From: Alphaproteobacteria bacterium
Lineage (GTDB): Bacteria > Pseudomonadota > Alphaproteobacteria > GCA-2731375
DNA length: 64,000 bases
NCBI GenBank assembly: GCA_965232515.1
Contig: CBDDPY010000002.1
Location: 4,256,001-4,320,000, forward strand
Direction: 5' to 3'
Both the position numbers and the translations under genes were made by a program. Below are positions 8,954-16,658 of this stretch, one piece after another. The notes under the pieces were generated by a model that was not told the DNA's origin, searched no databases, and saw only the letters and a program-made list of their open reading frames with translations. The first letter of the stretch is position 1, and each line of letters starts with the position of its first letter.

Positions 8954-9356
8954 CCAGCGTCATGAAAAATTCGCCCAAGCCCTCGCGGAAGGCATGTCAG
9001 CAGATGCCGCTTATGCCGAAGCCGGCTACAAACCCGATAGAGGCAACGCGTCTCGCCTGACGTCAAAAGACAGCATCCAAGCCCGTGTTTATGAGCTGCA
9101 GCAGGCAGCAGCGAAAAAGGCCGTGCTGACGCTTTCCGATCATCTGGAAACGCTCAAAGACATCAGGGATGCGGCCATAGCTGCACGACAGTACGCCGCT
9201 GCGACGAATGCGGAGGTCCATAGAGGCAAGGCGGCGGGTCTGTATGTTGAGCGCATTGAGACATCCGATGTGGTGCGTGTCGTAAGCGCTGAACCGATGA
9301 CGGATGACGAATGGGAGCAGCAGTATGGCGCCCAGACATCGGAAGCGACGCATTGA
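8937..9356 (+). CDS. Terminase small subunit-like protein 1 (Terminase_2 type)
   Basis: LDNQRHEKFAQALAEGMSADAAYAEAGYKPDRGNASRL...IQARVYEL HTH; GKAAGLYVER; GGAGG RBS. Confidence 0.8.
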   Translation: MPPLDNQRHEKFAQALAEGMSADAAYAEAGYKPDRGNASRLTSKDSIQARVYELQQAAAKKAVLTLSDHLETLKDIRDAAIAARQYAAATNAEVHRGKAAGLYVERIETSDVVRVVSAEPMTDDEWEQQYGAQTSEATH

Positions 9357-9643
9357 TGCCGGACACCAGATTCAAACCCGGCCAGAGCGGAAACCCGAAA
9401 GGCAGGCCGAAGGGCGCACGCTCGAGGCTGTCTGAGGCTTTCTTGCAAGAGCTGGCCGAACACTGGGAACAGAATGGGCGCGACGTGCTGGACCAAGTGA
9501 GAAACAACGATCCATCAACCTATCTGCGCGTCATTGCCTCACTAATCCCGAAGGGCATCAGTTTCTCGGGCGATATCAGCTACGCCGCTATACCAATTCC
9601 GGTCAGCGAGCGTGCGCCACTCGATATCGAAACCACGCACTGA
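9356..9643 (+). CDS. Terminase small subunit-like protein 2 (DUF5681 type)
   Basis: FKPGQSGNPKGRPKG motif; DPSTYLRVIASLIPK; TGATG overlap with TerS-1. Confidence 0.75.
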   Translation: MPDTRFKPGQSGNPKGRPKGARSRLSEAFLQELAEHWEQNGRDVLDQVRNNDPSTYLRVIASLIPKGISFSGDISYAAIPIPVSERAPLDIETTH

Positions 9644-9670
9644 TCAGCCTGTTCTTACAGGGATATACAG

Positions 9671-10096
9671 ATGGCGAAGTGGACACAGTGGACGGCAAAA
9701 AAAGAGGCAGACTTCCTCGCGATCCTTAGCAATGGCAGCAGCGTACAGGCGGCGGTACAGGCTATCGGGTGCAGCCGGTCGAACGCGTACAAGCGCAGAC
9801 AGAATGACCCGGAATTCGCCGCTCAGTGGGATGCGGCTATCGAAGCCGGCAGCGACCTACTCGAAGACGAAGCCAAGCGCCGCGCGCATGAAGGCGTTCT
9901 GGAGCCGGTCTACTACCAGGGCCAGGAAGTCGGCCAAGTGCGAAAATACTCTGACACGCTCTTGATGTTCATGTTGAAAGCCAGACGCCCGGACAAGTTC
10001 AAGGAACGCAAGGAACAGCAGCTAACGGGCAAAGATGGCGAGCGTCTCAAGCCAACCATCAACCTTACTATCGGATCTGAACCTTCATCTGCATGA
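9671..10096 (+). CDS. Terminase small subunit-like protein 3 (HTH type)
   Basis: FLAILSNGSSVQAAVQAIGCSRSNAYKRRQNDPEFAAQWDAA...LEDEAKRRAHEG...YSDTLLMFMLKARRPDKF...LTGKDG. Confidence 0.8.
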   Translation: MAKWTQWTAKKEADFLAILSNGSSVQAAVQAIGCSRSNAYKRRQNDPEFAAQWDAAIEAGSDLLEDEAKRRAHEGVLEPVYYQGQEVGQVRKYSDTLLMFMLKARRPDKFKERKEQQLTGKDGERLKPTINLTIGSEPSSA

Positions 10097-10139
10097 GAAG
10101 CAGGGACAGGCGTTCCTGAGCCATGCGACGGAGATCATG
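10035..10139 (+). pseudogene. N-terminal remnant of a terminase large subunit
   Basis: LNLHLHEKQGQAFLSHATEIM resembles the TerL Q-motif region that normally precedes a (L)YGGAAGGGKS-type Walker A; the frame overlaps the TerS-3 end, then similarity stops. Confidence 0.55.
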
Positions 10140-10215
10140 AGAGAACTCAGCTCTTCTAAGACCGACATACCACGTAACGTTGATTTTCGCTCGCCAATGG
10201 GTCAGATTAGTTGGC

Positions 10216-10719
10216 ATGGGGGAAAATGGAAAATCTGCTATCCAAGCAGCTCTTGTCGGAGGAATATTCGCCGTCGTAGCTGCAGTGTTGGGGGCGTTTG
10301 TAGGATATTGGATAGCTTCGCCGGGCGCGGACAGATTAAGGCAAATTGAAGCAGACACTGCTAGAGATCTGGCAACATACTTCTCGGAATTCATAGCATC
10401 TCGTGAACGCTTAGTGCGGCACTTGAAAGGTGAACCTCAGGAGAAAGCACCAGAAGAAGAGATCAACAAATACGTCGAGGAAGCCAAAAAGCTGGACCAG
10501 CAATGGAGAACATCAACGGTAGCGCTGGCGGCTGCACTACGTTTTGCCGAACATAATTTTGACGAGGGTGTTCAGAGCTTAGCCAGCGAATTCATCGAGT
10601 GGCATGCCGAGCAAGAAGCAGCGCGCGCTGGAAAGGCAATCACAGAGTGGGTTGATACAAGCAAGTACCAAGATTGGCGGGATAGGATCTTGAAGGCAAC
10701 ATCTCAAGCTGTGAGATGA
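10216..10719 (+). CDS. Hypothetical membrane-anchored protein (cargo)
   Basis: N-terminal TM (AALVGGIFAVVAAVLGAFVGYWI) followed by a helical domain; AT-richer codons. Confidence 0.7.
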   Translation: MGENGKSAIQAALVGGIFAVVAAVLGAFVGYWIASPGADRLRQIEADTARDLATYFSEFIASRERLVRHLKGEPQEKAPEEEINKYVEEAKKLDQQWRTSTVALAAALRFAEHNFDEGVQSLASEFIEWHAEQEAARAGKAITEWVDTSKYQDWRDRILKATSQAVR

Positions 10720-10738
10720 GCCGTACTCAGGGGCGAAA

Positions 10739-10939
10739 ATGAAAGCTTCGGCTTTTGTCGGATTTTTGTTGCTGGGCTTTCTCGTTGGGGCATTTTCGGC
10801 TGCAGTGGCGGAGGTAAAACAACCCGGCAAGCCGCCTGGTTGCCGGTATTTCTGCCCACCGCCGAACCCGTTGCCGTTTCCAAAGCCGATTAGGCAGCCA
10901 ACCGAGAAAAGCATCAGCAGTCTGGATACATATCGCTAA
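10739..10939 (+). CDS. Small secreted Pro-rich peptide
   Basis: Signal-peptide-like MKASAFVGFLLLGFLVGAFSAAVA followed by a CxxxC Pro-rich mature part. Confidence 0.45.
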   Translation: MKASAFVGFLLLGFLVGAFSAAVAEVKQPGKPPGCRYFCPPPNPLPFPKPIRQPTEKSISSLDTYR

Positions 10940-11057
10940 CGCCGGCTCGAACCTTCGGCCGTGAGTAAGGGCCAATGTCGAGACCCATCGGCAATGGCAG
11001 TGGTGCGGGTGATGCTGGAGATTTTGGGCGGCGTAAGGTGTATCGGACAACAGCAAA

Positions 11058-11582
11058 GTGAAATCGACGCACGAGACGGACCGCTTAACTGCGAGCAAGG
11101 CGTTCTACAGAGCTTTGACAGGACGCGATGAGCTTGGAGTCGTCATACGGGCTCACATCTACATCGAACAACTCGTCAACGAGACGCTAGAATGGTTAAT
11201 TCCATACCCTGACGCCTTGGATGCTATGGACTTGGATTACTCTCAGCGGGTCCGCCTATTGGTGGCACTCGGCTTGAAGGATCAGCACCTTGGTTCATTG
11301 CTAGCGCTCGGGAAACTAAGGAACGAGTTTGCGCACAGACTGGACGCCAAACTTACTGCTGGAAGGATGAATGACTTTTACAAGCGCTTCGACAGCGAGG
11401 ATAAGAAAATCATTCAGAGAGTTTACGATTCGACACGAAAGAAAGCTGGCGATCGCTCCAAGCCGAAGAAAATAACCAGCCTTGAGCCGAAGGATCGGTT
11501 TGCCCTATACGCAGCGACAATTCATGGGGCATTGCGCGCTGCGATAAGCGAATTGTCGGAGCAAAAAGAGCAAGCCCGTTAG
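11058..11582 (+). CDS. HEPN-motif (MtlR-like) protein
   Basis: VIRAHIYIE near the N-terminus and RNEFAH (RxxxxH). Confidence 0.65.
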   Translation: MKSTHETDRLTASKAFYRALTGRDELGVVIRAHIYIEQLVNETLEWLIPYPDALDAMDLDYSQRVRLLVALGLKDQHLGSLLALGKLRNEFAHRLDAKLTAGRMNDFYKRFDSEDKKIIQRVYDSTRKKAGDRSKPKKITSLEPKDRFALYAATIHGALRAAISELSEQKEQAR

Positions 11583-11609
11583 ACTGAGCTTGCTCTTTCC
11601 GGGGTAAAC

Positions 11610-12011
11610 TCAATCTTCGTCAAACCGATGCGTATCCTCATACAGCGCGATGGCTGCAAAATACTCTGACACTTCGCCAGGATCGGCCAGCCAGACGTTA
11701 TCTTCGGTGATAAGCAATCCCGACTTATCGAAAGCGTAAATAAGCTTCGGGTCAATGCCAGATCTGCGCATTGCCTCTATCATGTCCTGGTGCACGGCAT
11801 CGGCATCGCGCGACGTCGGTTCTTCGGCGTCGGGATCGAAAAACACTGGATCGCCAGGCGCCGGCTCGCGGCCGAATTTTTCGATGAACGCCGGTCGCTG
11901 CTTTTTCAACACCTCCATTGCTTCCGGCGATAGCGGCGTACTGGTTTCTTGGCGGCTGGATTTGGTGGAACGACGTTGACGCCGCGGGCGCCCTGATTTG
12001 CTCTTCGGCAT
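11610..12011 (-). CDS. Hypothetical protein
   Basis: 133 aa; FIEKFGREPAPGDPVFFD...GIDPKLIYAF; GGGAGG RBS. Confidence 0.7.
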   Translation of the reverse strand: MPKSKSGRPRRQRRSTKSSRQETSTPLSPEAMEVLKKQRPAFIEKFGREPAPGDPVFFDPDAEEPTSRDADAVHQDMIEAMRRSGIDPKLIYAFDKSGLLITEDNVWLADPGEVSEYFAAIALYEDTHRFDED

Positions 12012-12356
12012 AGCTGCCTCCCTTCTGAAAGCAGCTACCCATTATGTAGATCAGAAACAGGCCGACTATGGAATTTCGCGGGTAATCTTCCATAGTCTCG
12101 TCACGGTTTGTTCGCTACTAGTAGCCGCCGAGTTATGCTCCGAGCAACGCCTGAGCCAGGGAAGCCGGACCTATTTGGGCCGTGAGGGAGTCCTGCCCCT
12201 CCAGGCGCATCCCCAATCTGACGGCAGCCGTCCCGCTATTTCCCGGAACTACCCGAAAAATCCCGCTTCAGAGCTTCGAAACCGCGATTTCTGATTGCTA
12301 TGTGATTGCTAGCCGAGCGCTTGTTCGGCAGTGGTATTGCTAAGTCATTGAAAAGA

Positions 12357-12431
12357 TGGAGCGGGCGATGAGATTCGAACTCACGACTTCAACCTTGGCA
12401 AGGTTGCGCTCTACCCCTGAGCTACGCCCGC
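12357..12431 (-). tRNA. tRNA-Gly (GCC)
   Basis: Reverse complement GCGGGCGTAGCTCAGGGGTAGAGCGCAACCTTGCCAAGGTTGAAGTCGTGAGTTCGAATCTCATCGCCCGCTCCA: cloverleaf, GCC anticodon, TTCGAA T-loop, encoded CCA. Confidence 0.98.
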
Positions 12432-12468
12432 GTCGCTATGCTGCTCGCCATATCCGGAGAGCGAGCGG

Positions 12469-12496
12469 ATAATAAGCAAATCGCTTGCCGTTGCAA
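12469..12496 (-). promoter_or_regulatory. Putative sigma70 promoter of tRNA-Gly
   Basis: TTGCAA-N16-TATTAT on the minus strand. Confidence 0.45.
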
Positions 12497-12584
12497 GCGT
12501 CAAGAGGCGGGTTTTCCGGCGAACCCCGATCTGGCATAACGGCGCGCCAAAGCGACGATAACAAAACCGCCAACAGAACCCGCC

Positions 12585-13076
12585 ATGCCCGCGACACCGG
12601 AAGACCTGTTTGCCCGCCTGGACGACCTGGGCATCGCCACGACGACGCACGCGCACCCGCCGCTGCACACGGTCGAGGAGAGCCGGCGGCTGCGCGGCGC
12701 GCTGCCGGGCGGGCACTGCAAGAACCTCTATCTGCGCGACAAAAAGAAGCGCAACTGGCTGCTGGTGACGCTGGAGGACCGCGAGGTCGACCTGAAGACC
12801 GTGTCGACGGTGCTGGGCGCCGGGCGCTTGAGCTTCGGCAGCGCCGACCGGTTGATGGAGTTCCTGGGCGTGACGCCGGGCTCGGTGACGCCGTTCGCGC
12901 TGATCAACGACCCCGAACAGCGGGTGACCGTGGTGCTGGACGAAGCCATGCTGAAGGTCGATCTGTTGAACTATCATCCGCTGGTCAACACGGCGACGAC
13001 GGCGATCGCGCCCGACGACCTGCTGGTCTTCATCCGCGCCGGCGGCCACGAGCCGCAGATCGTGGCCCTGGACTAG
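12585..13076 (+). CDS. YbaK/ProX aminoacyl-tRNA deacylase (ProXp-ala-like)
   Basis: HPPLHTVEES, GGHCKNLYLRDKK, LGVTPGSVTPFALIND, HPLVNTAT. Confidence 0.92.
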   Translation: MPATPEDLFARLDDLGIATTTHAHPPLHTVEESRRLRGALPGGHCKNLYLRDKKKRNWLLVTLEDREVDLKTVSTVLGAGRLSFGSADRLMEFLGVTPGSVTPFALINDPEQRVTVVLDEAMLKVDLLNYHPLVNTATTAIAPDDLLVFIRAGGHEPQIVALD

Positions 13077-13100
13077 CGGGATGCCGGGCCGCGCCATGCC

Positions 13101-13129
13101 CTTGTATGCCCGCGTAACTGCTCCATAAT
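13101..13129 (+). promoter_or_regulatory. Putative RpoH (sigma32) promoter
   Basis: CTTG...CCATAAT upstream of a chaperedoxin/Lon-N operon. Confidence 0.45.
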
Positions 13130-13193
13130 TAATCACCTGGGGGGCGCGTTCCGGATGCGGACGCCACCCTCCGCAACGGCAAGGAAAACCATA

Positions 13194-14096
13194 ATGGAAC
13201 CGATCATCGCCCCGACACAGGCGCCGCCGGACGCGATCAAGGACAGCGATACCGCCAATTTCGCGCAAGACGTGCTGCTGGCCAGCCGCGAAACGCCCGT
13301 GATCGTCGACCTGTGGGCGCCGTGGTGCGGCCCGTGCAAGACGCTGGGGCCGCTGCTGGAGAAGATCGTCAAGGAGAGCGGCGGCGCGGTGAAGCTGGTG
13401 AAGATCAATATCGACGAGAACCAGCAGCTGGCGCAGCAGTTGAGGGTGCAGTCGATCCCGGCAGTGTTCGCCTTCGTCGACGGCCAACCGGTCGACGGCT
13501 TCGTCGGCGCCCTGCCGGAGAGCCAGCTGAAGCAGTTCGTGCAGCGGCTGACCGGCGATCAGGGCCCGTCGCAGATCGAGCAGGCGCTGGAGGTGGCGAA
13601 ACAGGCGCTGGAAAGCGGCGATCTGGAACAGGCGCTGGGAATTTATGGCCAGATCGTCCGGGCCGAGCCTGGCAATCCGGCGGCGCTCGCCGGCATGGCG
13701 CAATGCTATCTGCAGAACGGCGATGTCGAGCAGGCGAAGCAGGCGCTGGAAGGCGTCGCCGAGGCCGACGTCAAGCATGCCGACGTGGTCTCGGCCCAGG
13801 CCGCGATCGAGCTGGCGGGCCAGGCCGGCGATGCCGGCGAGGTCGGGCCGCTGCGCGCGGCGGTGGCGGCCAACGCCAACGACCATCAGGCGCGCTTCGA
13901 CCTGGCCATGGCGCTGGTCGGCCAGGGCAATCGCGAGGAAGCCGTGGACGCGCTGCTGGAGATCGTGCAGCGCGACCGGCAATGGAACGACGAGGCGGCG
14001 CGCAAGCAGCTGCTGACGCTGTTCGAGGCGTTCGGACCGACCGACGAGTTGACGGTGTCGGCCCGACGGCGGCTGAGCTCGATCCTGTTCTCGTAA
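13194..14096 (+). CDS. cnoX: Thioredoxin-TPR chaperedoxin CnoX/YbbN
   Basis: WAPWCGPC active site, TPR region, C-terminal RRRLSSILFS. Confidence 0.92.
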   Translation: MEPIIAPTQAPPDAIKDSDTANFAQDVLLASRETPVIVDLWAPWCGPCKTLGPLLEKIVKESGGAVKLVKINIDENQQLAQQLRVQSIPAVFAFVDGQPVDGFVGALPESQLKQFVQRLTGDQGPSQIEQALEVAKQALESGDLEQALGIYGQIVRAEPGNPAALAGMAQCYLQNGDVEQAKQALEGVAEADVKHADVVSAQAAIELAGQAGDAGEVGPLRAAVAANANDHQARFDLAMALVGQGNREEAVDALLEIVQRDRQWNDEAARKQLLTLFEAFGPTDELTVSARRRLSSILFS

Positions 14097-14113
14097 GGCG
14101 GAGCCGCACCGAC

Positions 14114-14785
14114 TTGGCCGAGCAACAACGCCAAATGCCCGAGCAGACTCTGCCGGAACGGCTGCCGGTGTTTCCGCTGACCGGCGTGTTGCTGCTGCCC
14201 GGCGGCAAGCTGCCGCTGAACATTTTCGAGCAGCGCTATCTGGACATGGTCAGCGACGCCATGTCGGGCGACCGCATGATCGGCATGGTGCAGCCGACCG
14301 ACCCGACGCACAACTCGCACACGCCGGATATCTATCCCGTCGGCTGCGCCGGACGGATCACGGTCTATGAGGAGACCGACGACGGCCGCTATCTGATCAC
14401 GCTGACCGGCCTCTGCCGGTTCGACATCCGCGAGGAACTGTCGACGACAACCCGCTACCGCCAGGTGCTGGCCGACTGGTCGGGCTATGCCGACGACCTG
14501 GAGCCGCCCGACGAGACCGGCATCGACCGCGCGTGTCTGCTGCCGGCGTTGCGCGCCTATCTCGACGCCGCCGACATTCCGGCCGACTGGAACGCCATCG
14601 AGAACGCCTCCAGCGTGGCGCTGGTCAACTATCTGTCGATGATCTGCCCGTTCACGCCCAGCGAGAAGCAGGCCCTGCTGGAAGCCACCGATGTGGTCGA
14701 ACGCAGCAAGGTCATGACCTCGTTGATGGAAATGGCGGTCATGCAGAGCGGCGGCGCCGACGGTGACGATGGCCAACGGCACTAG
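14114..14785 (+). CDS. Lon protease substrate-binding domain protein
   Basis: LPVFPLTGVLLLPGGKLPLNIFEQRY...EKQALLEA; start TTG 14114 or ATG 14135. Confidence 0.9.
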   Translation: MAEQQRQMPEQTLPERLPVFPLTGVLLLPGGKLPLNIFEQRYLDMVSDAMSGDRMIGMVQPTDPTHNSHTPDIYPVGCAGRITVYEETDDGRYLITLTGLCRFDIREELSTTTRYRQVLADWSGYADDLEPPDETGIDRACLLPALRAYLDAADIPADWNAIENASSVALVNYLSMICPFTPSEKQALLEATDVVERSKVMTSLMEMAVMQSGGADGDDGQRH

Positions 14786-14837
14786 GCCGGTGTAATAAGC
14801 GCGGGCAAACCAAGAATCGCGAGGAGGGACGCGCGCG

Positions 14838-15044
14838 ATGACGGACACCGAGGCGGTGGACCCGAAACTGCTGGAGATCCTGGTCTGTCCGCTGACCAAG
14901 GGCGAGCTGCGCTATGACCGGCAACGCCAGGAGCTGATCAGCGAACAGGCCCGGCTGGCCTATCCGATCCGCGACGGCATTCCGATCATGCTGGTCGACG
15001 AGGCGCGCAGCCTCGATGACGACGACGGGGCGGCCCCGGCCTGA
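14838..15044 (+). CDS. Trm112 family protein
   Basis: [14 protein letters not shown]...[13 protein letters not shown]. Confidence 0.92.
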   Translation: MTDTEAVDPKLLEILVCPLTKGELRYDRQRQELISEQARLAYPIRDGIPIMLVDEARSLDDDDGAAPA

Positions 15045-15412
15045 TGGCCGCGGGCAGCGCAACGCCCTGGCCGACCGAGATCCGCCTGAAAAAGGCGGAG
15101 AAGGTCCTGGAGATCGACTTCGACGACAACAAGACCTTCCTGCTGCCGGCCGAACTGCTACGGGTCGAAAGCCCGAGCGCCGAGGTGCAGGGCCACGGCG
15201 GCGAAAAAACGATCGTCGCCGGCCGTCGGCATGTCGGCATCATCGGGCTGGAGCCGGTGGGCCACTACGCGGTGCGGCTGATTTTCGACGATCTGCACGA
15301 CACCGGCATCTTTACCTGGGCCTATCTCTACAAGCTGGGCGACGGCCAGGCCGAGATCTGGGACCGGTATCTGGCCGCACTGGAGGAGAAGGGCCTGAGC
15401 CGCGATCCCTGA
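15044..15412 (+). CDS. DUF971 (GBBH-like N-terminal) protein
   Basis: LPAELLRVESPSAEVQGH...VGHYAVRLIFDDLHDTGIFTW. Confidence 0.9.
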   Translation: MAAGSATPWPTEIRLKKAEKVLEIDFDDNKTFLLPAELLRVESPSAEVQGHGGEKTIVAGRRHVGIIGLEPVGHYAVRLIFDDLHDTGIFTWAYLYKLGDGQAEIWDRYLAALEEKGLSRDP

Positions 15413-15434
15413 TCGCGCCGCCCGCGACAAACCG

Positions 15435-16571
15435 ATGCTGCCATGGCAACGCCACCTGTTCGATATCGACGACGACGTCGCTTATCTGAACTGCGCCTCG
15501 TTCTCGCCGTACCTGAAAACGGTGCACGCGGCCGGCGCCAAGGCGCTGACCCGCAAGCTGCACCCCTGGACCATGGACCGGAACGCGCAGAACGCCGAGG
15601 CCGACGAGGCCCGCGCGCTGTTCGCGGGGCTGATCAACGCGGACGCCGCCGATATCGCCATCGCGCCGTCGACCAGCTATGGGGTGGCAACGGCGGCGGC
15701 GAATCTGTCGGTCGCGGCGGGACAGTCGGTCGTCGTGCTGCAGGACCAGTTTCCGTCGAACTACTATGCCTGGAAGACGCTGGCCGAGCGCAGCGACGCC
15801 CGCCTCGTCACCGTGCCGCGGCCGGACGACGGCGACTGGACGCCGGCCGTGCTGGCGGCGATCGATGACGCCACCGCGATCGCGGCGCTGCCGAACTGTC
15901 ATTGGACCGACGGGGCGCGGCTCGATCTGGAGGCCATCGGCGCGCGCTGCCGCGAGGTTGGTGCGGCGCTGGTGGTGGACGCGACGCAGTCGGTCGGCGC
16001 GCTGCCGACGGACGTCGCCCGCATCCGGCCCGATTTCCTGGTCTGCTCGGCCTACAAGTGGCTGCTCTGCCCCTACACGCTCGCCTTCCTTTACGCGGCA
16101 CCGCATCGCCAGGATGGCCGGCCGCTGGAGCTGCATTACGGCAACCGCGCCGGCGCGACGACGCAGCAGGGCGGCACCGGTTACGCCTACGAGTTCCTGC
16201 CGGGCGCGCAGCGCTACGACATGGGCGAGCGCGTCAACATCATCAACCTGCCGATGGCGGTCGCGGCCATGACCCAGCTGCACGCGTGGGGCGTCGACAA
16301 CATCGCCGCGTCGCTGACGCCGTTGACCGAGGCCGCGGCCGAGATGGCGGCCGCCCGCGGCATGGCTTCGCCCGCGCCGCACGCCCGCGTCGGCCATTTC
16401 ATCGGCATCCGCCCGGGCGCGATGCCGCCCGACATCGCCGAGCGTCTCGCCGCCGAACGGGTTTTCGTGAGCCGCCGCGGCGACAACGTCCGCGTCAGCC
16501 CGCACCTCTACAACGACATGGCCGACATCGAACGGCTGTTTACGGCGCTCGATCGCTGTCTTTCTGATTAA
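15435..16571 (+). CDS. PLP-dependent aminotransferase class V
   Basis: YLNCAS, VDATQSVG, SAYKWL, RVSPHLYN. Confidence 0.88.
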   Translation: MLPWQRHLFDIDDDVAYLNCASFSPYLKTVHAAGAKALTRKLHPWTMDRNAQNAEADEARALFAGLINADAADIAIAPSTSYGVATAAANLSVAAGQSVVVLQDQFPSNYYAWKTLAERSDARLVTVPRPDDGDWTPAVLAAIDDATAIAALPNCHWTDGARLDLEAIGARCREVGAALVVDATQSVGALPTDVARIRPDFLVCSAYKWLLCPYTLAFLYAAPHRQDGRPLELHYGNRAGATTQQGGTGYAYEFLPGAQRYDMGERVNIINLPMAVAAMTQLHAWGVDNIAASLTPLTEAAAEMAAARGMASPAPHARVGHFIGIRPGAMPPDIAERLAAERVFVSRRGDNVRVSPHLYNDMADIERLFTALDRCLSD

Positions 16572-16658
16572 TCAGGCCGCGACTGCGGCCCGCCGGCTTA
16601 TCCGGCGCGCCCGCGCAGGCGCGGACCGTCAGGTCCGCTGCCGTGAGCGCCAAATTGC

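Larger units (their letters stand above)
1..12356. mobile_element. Integrated phage-related element (satellite-like or defective prophage); left end lies outside the window
   Basis: Phage-type genes (HTH, tail fibre, ejection-like, TerS-like), visibly more A/T-ending codons than flanking core genes, and a right edge at the 3' CCA end of tRNA-Gly. Confidence 0.85.

Noticed and set aside
3962-9643. Three element proteins ending in -TH (EARTH, EATH, ETTH) as a shared C-terminal tag
   Set aside because: Can arise from overlapping RBS/stop-start constraints; too short to support a claim.
12012-12356. Integrase next to the tRNA
   Set aside because: No ORF with tyrosine or serine recombinase motifs here or elsewhere in the window.
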